From: a virus
Lineage: Duplodnaviria; Caudoviricetes
Length of the DNA: 50,058 nt
Reading direction: 5' to 3' (one strand)
Virus record (IMG/VR): IMGVR_UViG_3300025313_000023
Location: 1-50,058 of that record
The stretch's first letter is position 1; every line of letters starts with the position of its first letter. Positions 36,707 to 45,516 of the stretch are shown here, piece after piece. A program made the position numbers and the translations under genes. A model generated the notes under the pieces. It saw only the letters and a program-made list of their open reading frames with translations, was not told where the DNA came from and did not search any database.

Positions 36707-37990
36707 AACGCCTTCTGCAAGGCGCGTCTGTTTCACGAATTTCCAGGCCATCATCTGCCCTCGCTTCGTTCCGAACGGGCTCAGGAGATCCTCCCTCGCC
36801 ACCAATCCGTAGCTCTCATCATTCGCACCGGCGGTCCTGGCCAGGTCGAACTGCCAATGAGCGATCTGGTGCCGGGCCTGCTCACATGCTGGGAGAATGC
36901 GGCCGAGCTCGGCCGCGGCCAGCCGGGCGACAAGCTGCTTCATCGTCGGACTGACCTGCCCGCCCGACAAGGGATAGCCGCTCAGAACCCGGACCGTCAC
37001 ACGGTCCGGCTCCTTGATGGCGCTCCAGCTCGTCGACTCGGACCAGATGCCAGTCGTCGTGTCAAGGATGGCTTCCCCTGGCGTGACGATTCCAAGCCGG
37101 GAGTCTCGGATGCCGACGCGGGCGACGGCCCGGGCCTCGGCTCCAGGATCGGCGAAGCTATTGGGCGGCGTCGTGACAGCGCAGGTGTTGCAGCAGCACC
37201 ACGTCCCATGCTTGGGGAGCGTCTCCCACAGCAGCGCCGCCTGCGATGTATCGGAGACCACGCCGTCCGGATCGATCCAGAGGCGATAGATGTCCAGCAG
37301 CGTCGGAAACTTCGTCGTGTCGGCCGGATCGATGTCCCCAAGATTCGCTGGCTCATAGAGGACAGGCCGGACGAGGAGCCAGCGTTTTCCCCTGATTGTC
37401 GCCGTCCCGCCGCTAATCGTTACCTTCACTGGTCGGATGCGCCAGCGCTCATCCTCAATGCTCGAGCCGTCGAAGCGTTCGGTCGATGTGAAGTAGACGG
37501 CAATCTCGTCCGGGTCCGTGACAGTCGTGGCCACCGAGACCGTGAAGGTGTCATTGAGACTGTCGCCATCCTCGTCGGAGTAGGTGATGGCCGCGCCGAC
37601 GCTGAGAGCCGTGCGCCGCTGATAGCCGAGTTTCTGGATGTAGCCCTTGCCTAGCTGCAGGCCGATCCGGTGCCAAGGAGCGCGGATGTTCGCCACTCGG
37701 ACATCCGAGAGATCGAAGAAGCGCTGCCAACGCTGAGTGATGACCTCATAGCGGGGGGCGACGTTGTAGCCCAGCCACTCCGCAAGTAGTGCCTCGGCCC
37801 GATCGATGGCCTGCTGGATCTCATCGCGCCCGACCGCATCCACGCCCTGCCATGTGTAGCGGCGAAGTATGTCGTTGCAGCTCGATGTGACTGGCAGGTT
37901 CCCGTTCACAAGGCCGTTAAAGTGCCATGGGTGAAGGCCCATGAGCGCGCGAAAGTCGTCGATCGGGAGAAGTGTCTCTGGGCTGTTCAT
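36698..37990 (-). CDS. Head-tail adaptor-like protein with insertion
   Basis: IQQAIDRAEALLAEWLG...VTVRVLSGY...LVARLAA. Confidence 0.6.
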   Translation of the reverse strand: MNSPETLLPIDDFRALMGLHPWHFNGLVNGNLPVTSSCNDILRRYTWQGVDAVGRDEIQQAIDRAEALLAEWLGYNVAPRYEVITQRWQRFFDLSDVRVANIRAPWHRIGLQLGKGYIQKLGYQRRTALSVGAAITYSDEDGDSLNDTFTVSVATTVTDPDEIAVYFTSTERFDGSSIEDERWRIRPVKVTISGGTATIRGKRWLLVRPVLYEPANLGDIDPADTTKFPTLLDIYRLWIDPDGVVSDTSQAALLWETLPKHGTWCCCNTCAVTTPPNSFADPGAEARAVARVGIRDSRLGIVTPGEAILDTTTGIWSESTSWSAIKEPDRVTVRVLSGYPLSGGQVSPTMKQLVARLAAAELGRILPACEQARHQIAHWQFDLARTAGANDESYGLVAREDLLSPFGTKRGQMMAWKFVKQTRLAEGVAV

Positions 37991-38232
37991 CTGGCCTTCT
38001 TGTTGTCATGTGATGCACGTCTGGCCGGGGACCATTCGTGCTTCGTCATATCATAGGCGGCACGTCTCTCGTCTGACCATCGATGGGCCGCCTTATCGTA
38101 TGCGATCCGTCGCTTGGATGTCCATTTGTGGTCACTCCCCTCATAGGTGGCCCACCTCTTGACTGACCAAGGTTTGCCCTTTCGGTCCACTAGCGCATAG
38201 ACGATGGATCGCCTTTGGGGTCCGCTAGCCAT
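37987..38232 (-). pseudogene. Possible GIY-YIG/NUMOD3 endonuclease remnant
   Basis: IVYALVD without the YIG half; three HxWS/T..RR.. repeats. Confidence 0.35.
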
Positions 38233-38518
38233 TGCCAGCTCTATGCGCGACGAGGATCCCGCCGGCGATGCCGCCCCAGACAAGCAGGAAGTCAATCAGC
38301 GGCGGCGCGGCGGATAGGGCGACGATGGCGGCTGGCAACGAGATCCAGAACGAGAGGCATAGCACGCACCGAAGGCCCCGGCCGACCCAGCTATTCTGGT
38401 CGACGCGCTCACGGAGGTTGGCCAGAACATCGAAAGGTCCATCCTCTCTGGCGATGGCGAACGCAAGACGATAGGAGGCGAGCCCAGCGAGGATCAGCCG
38501 CAGTGTCTCAGTCAACAT
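38225..38518 (-). CDS. DUF1360-like membrane protein
   Basis: LASYRLA...DGP...LRCVLCLSFW. Confidence 0.75.
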   Translation of the reverse strand: MLTETLRLILAGLASYRLAFAIAREDGPFDVLANLRERVDQNSWVGRGLRCVLCLSFWISLPAAIVALSAAPPLIDFLLVWGGIAGGILVAHRAGNG

Positions 38519-38717
38519 CTGCCTCCTGCCCCCACTCTATCACGACCGGGATCCTGATCTTAGACTGCTCGTAGTCTGAACTGGCATGGAATGGCCAAGT
38601 CGTTAAGAGCCACGTCCGAGTCCTTTCGCTGAACCTCTCTACGCACAGGCCAGCGACATAGAGATGCGGCACCGGCCCGAGCATAGCGCTCCTATGTGGC
38701 CGATAACAGGGCGGCAT

Positions 38718-41153
38718 CTACGCTGCGACCGCCTTGCGCCGCTTGCGGGCCGCCTTCCGTTTGACGGGCGCCTTCGCCTCCGCCTTCGGCTTCTGGCCAT
38801 TGTTCAAGACGCCTTCAAGGACGATGGACAGCCCGACGGCCTCAGCCTCGGGCGGGATCGTCTCGATCTTGGGCACGATCGGCGCTGGCGGCATCGGCCG
38901 GACGGGAACTGCTTCTACGACCCTCCAAAGGCCAAGCCGGACGAGTCTCGTGACGTCGTCCGGATGGACGCTGGCGAACTTGTGAACTGGGTTGTTGCCG
39001 CCCCGATACATCCGGCCTTCGGCCCCGTGGTAGGTGACGGCGCCGCTCCGTGTGCCGACGAACTCCATCCTCACCCAGCCAGTCGATCCCTCGCGCACGG
39101 CCGTGGCCGGCAGGGGGAGATCAGTCCCTTCGACGGCCTGGCGTGCGACGTTCTGGTCCCCCTTACCGTCTCCGCAGCCTCCACCACATCCCATCGGATT
39201 CTCCTTCAGTTTGGACTTCGGACCCAGCCTGCCTTCGGCCAGGATACGGAGTTCGCTCTCAAGCATGTCGGGCAGGAGCGCCTCGCCTGCCTTGACATCG
39301 ACCGTGAAGCGGCCACGCGCTTCCGTTGGTTCCTTCGGCGCGACCTGTCGCACGAAAGGATACACCCGAAGGACCTCGGCGGAAAGTGCTGGCGTGACCG
39401 CGATAGCCTCCCATGCCCTCACTGTCTGGCCCAGGATGTCCTCGAGCGTCTCCTTCCAGTCGCTCTCGATGCGTCCGTGAATGAGGAGCGACACGACTGG
39501 ATCAGCGTAGCTCATCACGTCCGGCATGTCGCTCGCCGGCGCTCCCATTGGATAGCGGTCGTCTCGCATCCAGGGGTGATGCTCGTCCGTGGCAACATAC
39601 TTCTTCATGCGGGAGGCCGATTTGCTGTGCGCCCGGTAGAGGAAGAGCCTGTGGTCGCTGGCGCGTTTGGCCCGGAAGCCAACCGAGAGGCCGCGCGTCC
39701 AGAACTCAGCATCCTCACCCGGGGCGTAGTGCTGCTCGTAGCCGCCAGCGCGCTCCCACATCGATCGACGGAACATAGCCGCGGAGGGAACGCAGTTGGA
39801 GGGCGGGACAGTCGCTTTGGACTGGATCTTCCAGTCGAATGGCGGCGGCCAGTTGTACCACTCGACCCGCTGGTTCTCCTCGTAGTGGACCTCGAGGCCC
39901 GTGTAGACGATCCCGAGCCCTCGGTCCCGCTGCATCTCCTTCGTGCAGGCCTCGAGATAGCGGGAGGCAAGGCGGTCGTCTGCGTCGAGGCAGACGATCA
40001 GGGGGGACTTGGCTTCGGCGATGCCATTGTTCCTGGCAGCTGCCACGCCCTGATTGGCCTGCCAGATGTAACGGACCTTGGAATGATGCTCCGCCAGTCG
40101 GCGCCCGACCGCCTCGCTATCGTCCGTGGATCCATCGTCAACGATGATGATCTCAGACGCCGGCACTGTCTGGGCCAGGACGCTCTCGACGCATTCGATC
40201 AGATAACGGCCGTAGTTGAAGCACGGGATGATGACCGCGACGGCCTCGCCCTTCTCGAAGGCCAGGCGAGCGGCATACGCCGCCCGATAGATTTCGGCAT
40301 AGCGCGCGGCGACCCGATCCCAGGTGAATTCCCTCGCCCTCTCCCGAGCGTTGTGGCCCAAATCCCGACGTCGGGAAGCGACCCAGTCCACCGCGGCGTT
40401 CAGGCCCTCGATGTCCCCCGGCTGGACAAGGAAGCCGTCGATCTCATGGCGCACGATGTCGGCCGTCCCGCCCCAGCGATAGCCGAGCACAGGCACGCCA
40501 GCCGCCATCGCCTCAAGCGTCCCGAGCCCAAAGGTCTCCCGTGTCGTCGCCAAGTAGATGTCGGCCTTGGCGACCATGCTCATCATCTCGTTCCACGGTA
40601 TGGAACCCGTCACCCACATATTTCCCGGGATGTCGGCCGCGCTGTGCGGAGCGAAGGTCGAGATCACCTGCCGACCGCGGCGGGCCAGCTCGAGCGCCGG
40701 TGTCGGATCGCAGACATCCTGCGCCCGGTTCTTGTTCCAGAGGATGTAGCCTCCGTTCACGTCCTCGACGAAGCGCTCGGCTTCGATCCCGTGGGGAACG
40801 ACATCTGGGCTGATACGCATGTCCCGCTTGAAGGGCTCGGCGACCCATTCGCTCGGGACCGTCACCCTGAAGGCCTGTCGGGTGGCCTCGATGATGGAGG
40901 CGTTAGCCTGCTGGTGCCAGCTGGCATATTGAGCATGATGAATATCCTGGAAATATAAGCCGTGGCACCCGAGGACGTCCACCCTCGGCATGTTGCCCTG
41001 CTGCGTATGGCAGAAGATCAAATCGGCCTCGTCTGGATTGTCAGTTACCTCAATGCCGACCTGCGGGAGATACCGATACTGTGCATGGACAACCCGCCCG
41101 ATGCCGCTCGACAACTGGCTCCCACTCGGCGATGGCCAGATGCAAACCCTCAC
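38718..41153 (-). CDS. Glycosyltransferase fusion: GT4 (GT-B) + GT2 (GT-A) + C-terminal domain
   Basis: ETFGLGTLEAMAAGVPV; VIIPCFNYG, IVDDGSTD, CLDADD, GED. Confidence 0.9.
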   Translation of the reverse strand: MRVCIWPSPSGSQLSSGIGRVVHAQYRYLPQVGIEVTDNPDEADLIFCHTQQGNMPRVDVLGCHGLYFQDIHHAQYASWHQQANASIIEATRQAFRVTVPSEWVAEPFKRDMRISPDVVPHGIEAERFVEDVNGGYILWNKNRAQDVCDPTPALELARRGRQVISTFAPHSAADIPGNMWVTGSIPWNEMMSMVAKADIYLATTRETFGLGTLEAMAAGVPVLGYRWGGTADIVRHEIDGFLVQPGDIEGLNAAVDWVASRRRDLGHNARERAREFTWDRVAARYAEIYRAAYAARLAFEKGEAVAVIIPCFNYGRYLIECVESVLAQTVPASEIIIVDDGSTDDSEAVGRRLAEHHSKVRYIWQANQGVAAARNNGIAEAKSPLIVCLDADDRLASRYLEACTKEMQRDRGLGIVYTGLEVHYEENQRVEWYNWPPPFDWKIQSKATVPPSNCVPSAAMFRRSMWERAGGYEQHYAPGEDAEFWTRGLSVGFRAKRASDHRLFLYRAHSKSASRMKKYVATDEHHPWMRDDRYPMGAPASDMPDVMSYADPVVSLLIHGRIESDWKETLEDILGQTVRAWEAIAVTPALSAEVLRVYPFVRQVAPKEPTEARGRFTVDVKAGEALLPDMLESELRILAEGRLGPKSKLKENPMGCGGGCGDGKGDQNVARQAVEGTDLPLPATAVREGSTGWVRMEFVGTRSGAVTYHGAEGRMYRGGNNPVHKFASVHPDDVTRLVRLGLWRVVEAVPVRPMPPAPIVPKIETIPPEAEAVGLSIVLEGVLNNGQKPKAEAKAPVKRKAARKRRKAVAA

Positions 41154-41194
41154 GCTTCACCAGCGATTGTGCTATATTTACATGGGCGATAGAC

Positions 41195-41884
41195 ATGAGA
41201 CGGGGAAGGATCGTCGAGTGTGCAAGGTGTCGAAGAGTGCGTCGGAATAATGGCCACGGACTGTGTTCCTCCTGTTTCGCGGCTTGGAATCGAAAACGGA
41301 CGACGCCGGGCTTCGTCTGTGGGCGATGCCATAGGGCGGGCCACCATGAAGCCAGAGGCCTTTGTGTCTCCTGCTACCGATCTGTTTATCAGACCGCTCA
41401 TCTTGCGCAGCATGCGAGCTATGAGCGCCAACGAAGGCGCGAGCAGAGTGCCCATATCAGGGAGCTTGAGAAGCGCCGGGCCAGAACCGATAGCCGCCGC
41501 GCCTGGAAGAAGGCTTACGGTCGCGCGTATTACGTGATCAACAAGACGCGGCTTCAGGCCTACAATCGTGCCTGGCTCCGCGCGCATCGTGAACAGATGA
41601 ACCACTACTCCGCGGTATATAGCACGCGAAAGCTCGGCTTGCCTCATACCCTTTCCATCTCTGAATGGAATGCCATCCTCGATCACTTTGATCACCGTTG
41701 CGCCTACTGTGGCAGGAAGGCTCGCAGGCTCTGTCGCGAGCACGCAATCCCAGTCAGCCGAGGTGGCGGCTATACGGCCGATAACATCGTGCCCGCGTGC
41801 GGATCCTGCAATTCGAGGAAGCATAACAAGACGCCAGAAGAGTTCGCCGCGTATCTCAAACTCCATCCTGAACCATTTGGCTAG
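41195..41884 (+). CDS. HNH endonuclease, inverted insertion with Zn-finger N-terminus
   Basis: EWNAIL...CAYCG...EHAIPVSRGG...NIVPACGSCNSRK; TGTGCTATATT upstream. Confidence 0.88.
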   Translation: MRRGRIVECARCRRVRRNNGHGLCSSCFAAWNRKRTTPGFVCGRCHRAGHHEARGLCVSCYRSVYQTAHLAQHASYERQRRREQSAHIRELEKRRARTDSRRAWKKAYGRAYYVINKTRLQAYNRAWLRAHREQMNHYSAVYSTRKLGLPHTLSISEWNAILDHFDHRCAYCGRKARRLCREHAIPVSRGGGYTADNIVPACGSCNSRKHNKTPEEFAAYLKLHPEPFG

Positions 41885-41889
41885 CTTGC

Positions 41890-42474
41890 TCACAGGAAGA
41901 GTCCCGATCCAGCGGGGCCAGCGCCGCGCTTGAAGGCCGCCGTGATGGATACGATGCCGACAGCCTCCCAGTCGGGGTCGGTCTCAATCAGGTCTCGGAC
42001 AACACCCTTCACGTCGCCCCAGGGAGCGTTGTCATAGTCATGGAAAACGAGGAAGCCGCCCGTCCGGATGTGCTGGCCCCACGCCCGCACGTCGCCCGAG
42101 CAGCCTTCGTAGGAGTGATCCCCGTCGATGAAAACGAGGTCGACTGGCCCGCCTTCCCATGTGCGCCCGACCTCCTTCGAGTCTCCGTGGATCTGGATGT
42201 GCCGCCCGAGGCCCCACAGCCCGGCGGCCTCAAGGGCATTTCGCTCGCTCTGGAGACCCCCTAGCGGGGACGCATCGGCCTGTATATCTACTGTAATCAC
42301 GTTCAGATCGTCCCGGGCTTCTAGGAATGCTAGGCAGGAGGTTCCCGCCCCCGCCCCGATGTTCACGATCTTGGCCCGCGGCGGCAGTTGGCGGGCCAAG
42401 TCCTGCAGGAACTCGACCTCTCCGTCCAGCAGATAATGGAACGCTGCCCGAACGTCCTGGGCGGCATGGCTCAT
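41890..42474 (-). CDS. Class I SAM methyltransferase (Methyltransf_24-like)
   Basis: NIGAGAGTS; DLVFIDGDHSYEG; GGFLVFHDY. Confidence 0.88.
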   Translation of the reverse strand: MSHAAQDVRAAFHYLLDGEVEFLQDLARQLPPRAKIVNIGAGAGTSCLAFLEARDDLNVITVDIQADASPLGGLQSERNALEAAGLWGLGRHIQIHGDSKEVGRTWEGGPVDLVFIDGDHSYEGCSGDVRAWGQHIRTGGFLVFHDYDNAPWGDVKGVVRDLIETDPDWEAVGIVSITAAFKRGAGPAGSGLFL

Positions 42475-43184
42475 GGATTTCTCTCCTTCGGGAAGAGTAG
42501 CCAATTGTTCGGGTTGCCACCGTCGAGAACCAGATGATCATAGCCCCAGACCTCGATCAGGTCGGCCACGTCCTGCATGGAGTGGGCACGCCAGGCAAGC
42601 GCGTGATTGACCTCCGAGATGATGAACGGCCTATGTTCCTTCACGATCTCTGCCGCGCCCACCAGCGCCTCCAGGTCCCAGCCGTCCACGTCCGTCTTGA
42701 TCAGATCGACGCGCGGCCAATGCTGGCAGATGGCGTCGATCGTCGTGAAAGTGTAGCGCCCTGGCGTCCGGCCTTGGTCAGCGCCCCTGCCCGTTAGCCA
42801 GAGCGTCTCATCGGCCACTCCCTGAACTGCTCCGACCGCCATCTGCAGGACCGTCGGCTCTATCATCTTCCATCCGCCAGCGACCGCCATGATGTTGTGC
42901 CAGATGTTCACCCGCAGCTTGGCCGCCGTATGCACCGATGCCTCGACGCCGACGACATGGCCATCATGGGCCAGCCGCGAGAGGAGGATCGTGTAGTAGC
43001 CGACGTGGGCACCGACATCGAGGCACCACCAATCAGGCTTGACGTGATCGGCCATCCAACGCTCGGTCTCGCGCTCGGCCGTCTGGTAGGTCCCGTTCTC
43101 AGCGTATTCCGGATAGAAGTCGATCAGTTCCGTCATGCGTCCGTCGGCTGCCATCCGTTGAATGATCAGCGCGGGGAGCGTCAT
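42471..43184 (-). CDS. FkbM-family methyltransferase
   Basis: LDVGAHVGYY; LIKTDVDGWD. Confidence 0.88.
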   Translation of the reverse strand: MTLPALIIQRMAADGRMTELIDFYPEYAENGTYQTAERETERWMADHVKPDWWCLDVGAHVGYYTILLSRLAHDGHVVGVEASVHTAAKLRVNIWHNIMAVAGGWKMIEPTVLQMAVGAVQGVADETLWLTGRGADQGRTPGRYTFTTIDAICQHWPRVDLIKTDVDGWDLEALVGAAEIVKEHRPFIISEVNHALAWRAHSMQDVADLIEVWGYDHLVLDGGNPNNWLLFPKERNP

Positions 43185-43723
43185 GCCCACGGTTCCTTCC
43201 CGGGCGGGCACTGGTAGCCACGGACGAGAACCATCTTCATCTGCTCATCCTTCTTGTCATGCCATCGGAAGTCGAATGGCTCGAAATCCCCGCGGCACCA
43301 GGCGCTTCGATGGATCTCGGTCTCATAGCCGCCAACGGCGAACTGGGGCACCCCCACGGGAAACACCGCCATCAGGACGTGACAGCGATGGACGGCCTCA
43401 TGCAGGAGATCAAGGCCATCGCTCTTGGTGAGGTGTTCTAGGAAATCGCCGAAGATCACCACGTCGGTCAGATAATCTCTCGACCTGGCAAAGAATCCCT
43501 GCGCCCACTCCTGAAAGACATGGTCGTAGATGCTGCGGAGATTGAACTGCTCGACGTAGTCGGGCTCGACCTCGACGGCGCTGACGACGGCCCCGGGCTT
43601 GACCGCCTTGATCATCCGCCCGTACTTCCCAGATCCGGCGCCGAAGTCAAGGAACCGGAGGTAGGGCCAAGAGGCGATCATGTCAGCGATCTCGGCATCG
43701 AAGGCAGTGGAACTGCTCGGCAT
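43181..43723 (-). CDS. Class I SAM methyltransferase
   Basis: LDFGAGSGKYG; FGDFLEH. Confidence 0.85.
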   Translation of the reverse strand: MPSSSTAFDAEIADMIASWPYLRFLDFGAGSGKYGRMIKAVKPGAVVSAVEVEPDYVEQFNLRSIYDHVFQEWAQGFFARSRDYLTDVVIFGDFLEHLTKSDGLDLLHEAVHRCHVLMAVFPVGVPQFAVGGYETEIHRSAWCRGDFEPFDFRWHDKKDEQMKMVLVRGYQCPPGKEPWA

Positions 43724-44595
43724 CAGAGGACCACCACGCCCGCCATCATCTTGGCGATGATCTCATCCCAGTCAGGCGGCCCGAGACCTTCGAAGATCAG
43801 ATGCTGGTTCGCTCGGTCGCCGGCGGCCCGCACCGTCTCAAGCAGGGCGGGATAATTGTTGGCATCCCCGACCCCGATGTCATGCACGCCATACTTCTCC
43901 CGCCAGAAGGTCGCCGCCGCCTCTATTGCGTGACCTGCCCGGTCCGCTCGCTCATTCGTGACCGGGTCGCTGGCCGGCCGGAAGCCGTGCCGATAGTACG
44001 CCTGCTTCCCTATGATGGCAACGCTCGGCCTCTTGAGCAGGACCCGGACGCGGTGCTGATACTCCACCTCTGTGAAGTAGGTCAGCGGTGCCGTCGGAAG
44101 GCTGTCCGGAAGGCCAGCGTCCAGAACGACATCCCACGGAATGAACAGCGAATTCCCGTCTAGCCAGCCCATCTCAAGCGTGTCGCCCACGCGCTCCTGG
44201 ATCTGGCCCGGCATGTCCTCATAGTTGTGGGAGCTGCTGTTGAAGGTGGCGACCCCAAAGCCGGTCTCGAGCTGGGCCCGGTCAAGTTCGCCAAGAAGGT
44301 CGGCGCTCTCGGCCGTGAATTCCAGGTCGTCATCGCAGGAGCAGAGATAGGCAGGCTCCATGCCCTCCCGCATTGCGTAGAGCGCGGCGATCGCCCGACA
44401 TGCATAGCTGTTGTTGATCGGCGAGACGAGAGAGGCGAACTCGCTCATGGACGATAGATCCTCGATCTCGCTCCTGATCGGACCACACAGGACGAGCTCA
44501 CAGCGGCCGCGGATGCGCCCGATGCTGTTGGCCATCGTCCGGGCGTGCTCGACGGAGCGATATGTGGAGGCCGTGAAGAGGATGTCGAGGCTCAT
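43723..44595 (-). CDS. GT-A fold glycosyltransferase-like protein
   Basis: LCSCDDD (DxD-like), DGNSLF, YFTEVEY. Confidence 0.6.
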   Translation of the reverse strand: MSLDILFTASTYRSVEHARTMANSIGRIRGRCELVLCGPIRSEIEDLSSMSEFASLVSPINNSYACRAIAALYAMREGMEPAYLCSCDDDLEFTAESADLLGELDRAQLETGFGVATFNSSSHNYEDMPGQIQERVGDTLEMGWLDGNSLFIPWDVVLDAGLPDSLPTAPLTYFTEVEYQHRVRVLLKRPSVAIIGKQAYYRHGFRPASDPVTNERADRAGHAIEAAATFWREKYGVHDIGVGDANNYPALLETVRAAGDRANQHLIFEGLGPPDWDEIIAKMMAGVVVL

Positions 44596-45332
44596 GCCGG
44601 TTCGACCATGCTAGGTTCGATCAGCCCGAGCTTGAGGAGTTCAGCGGTATCGGCCGCCGTGAGCTGGACTGGCGGATACTGCCAAAGGCCCTTCACGCTC
44701 GCCCGGCCCTGGCGGATCCCGATGACGTAGCGCACCGGGGCCTGGCGCGTTCCGAGGACTTCGAAGCGATCATCATTGGCAATCTCTGCGCTTCCTCGCC
44801 CTTCGAACATCCACGGAGACTCGCCCGGCCGCAGGACTTCCAACAGGATGTCGCGCTTCCAGATCGCCGCTTGCAGGCTCACCTTGTAGGGTGCCGTCGC
44901 CGGTGCCTTGATGATGTCCAGGAAGGCGAGGTACGCAACGTCCACAGCCCCCCGCTCGTTCGCTCGGTCGAGCGTCAGGTCAAGGCGCAGAAGACGCGGC
45001 CGCTTCATCGCCCAGTCCGCCAGGACGTCGACGATCGGCCACGAAGCCTGGCGCATCAGCCAGTAATCCGAGAGCAGGAGAGCGAAGACATCGGCTGGCC
45101 TGTGCCCGCCCTTCAGCCATCCGATGAGAGCGTCCGACCAGCGATCAATGGGATAGTCGGCCTGCTCCCCAATGCTTAGGAAGGTCCACAGCGGCGGCAG
45201 GTCGAAGTCCGGTGGACTGAACCCCAGGACGGTGACCGGACGGTCCTGGCCGCCATGCTTACGGAAGAGATGCGCGCAGACCCGGACCGTCCATAGGTCC
45301 CGATCGCTCGTGAGCACGAAGGTTTCAAGCAT
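44592..45332 (-). CDS. Putative GT-A glycosyltransferase-like protein
   Basis: VLTSD...WSDAL...LLLSDYWL...SLQAAIW...ESPWMFE. Confidence 0.55.
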   Translation of the reverse strand: MLETFVLTSDRDLWTVRVCAHLFRKHGGQDRPVTVLGFSPPDFDLPPLWTFLSIGEQADYPIDRWSDALIGWLKGGHRPADVFALLLSDYWLMRQASWPIVDVLADWAMKRPRLLRLDLTLDRANERGAVDVAYLAFLDIIKAPATAPYKVSLQAAIWKRDILLEVLRPGESPWMFEGRGSAEIANDDRFEVLGTRQAPVRYVIGIRQGRASVKGLWQYPPVQLTAADTAELLKLGLIEPSMVEPA

Positions 45333-45405
45333 CGGGGAAGTTCAGCACGCCATCCGTCGACTCGTCGATGATGGCGTGCTTTCCGCGTGGGAGTTCGATT
45401 TCCAT
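45325..45405 (-). pseudogene. 26-aa internally deleted HNH-AP2 endonuclease remnant
   Basis: AGGAGG RBS; MEIELPRGKHAIIDE (HNH-AP2-like N-terminus) joined to LNFP (AP2-like C-terminus). Confidence 0.55.
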
Positions 45406-45435
45406 GGTGTCACTCCTCCTGTGACCCTCTGAAGT

Positions 45436-45492
45436 AGCTCGGGCAGGCGGGAGAGGTATCCCCGCTTTTCGGGTGCGACCCTAGCCCGAGCT
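45436..45492 (-). ncRNA. Candidate three-way-junction RNA downstream of the capsid gene
   Basis: 9-bp closing stem enclosing two hairpins linked by GAAAA. Confidence 0.45.
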
Positions 45493-45516
45493 TGTTTCTC
45501 CGTCACGCCGATCCGA

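Noticed and set aside
38508-38717. 69-aa ORF after the GT fusion
   Set aside because: No RBS or motif; start uncertain, so not called
38664-40958. 764-aa plus-strand ORF, and similar ones at 45613-47103 and 36350-37654
   Set aside because: Antisense shadows of clear minus-strand genes in GC-rich DNA; no motifs
41890-43723. Methyltransferases as DNA methylases or an RM system
   Set aside because: No DPPY/NPPY or PC motifs; they match small-molecule/sugar methyltransferase types
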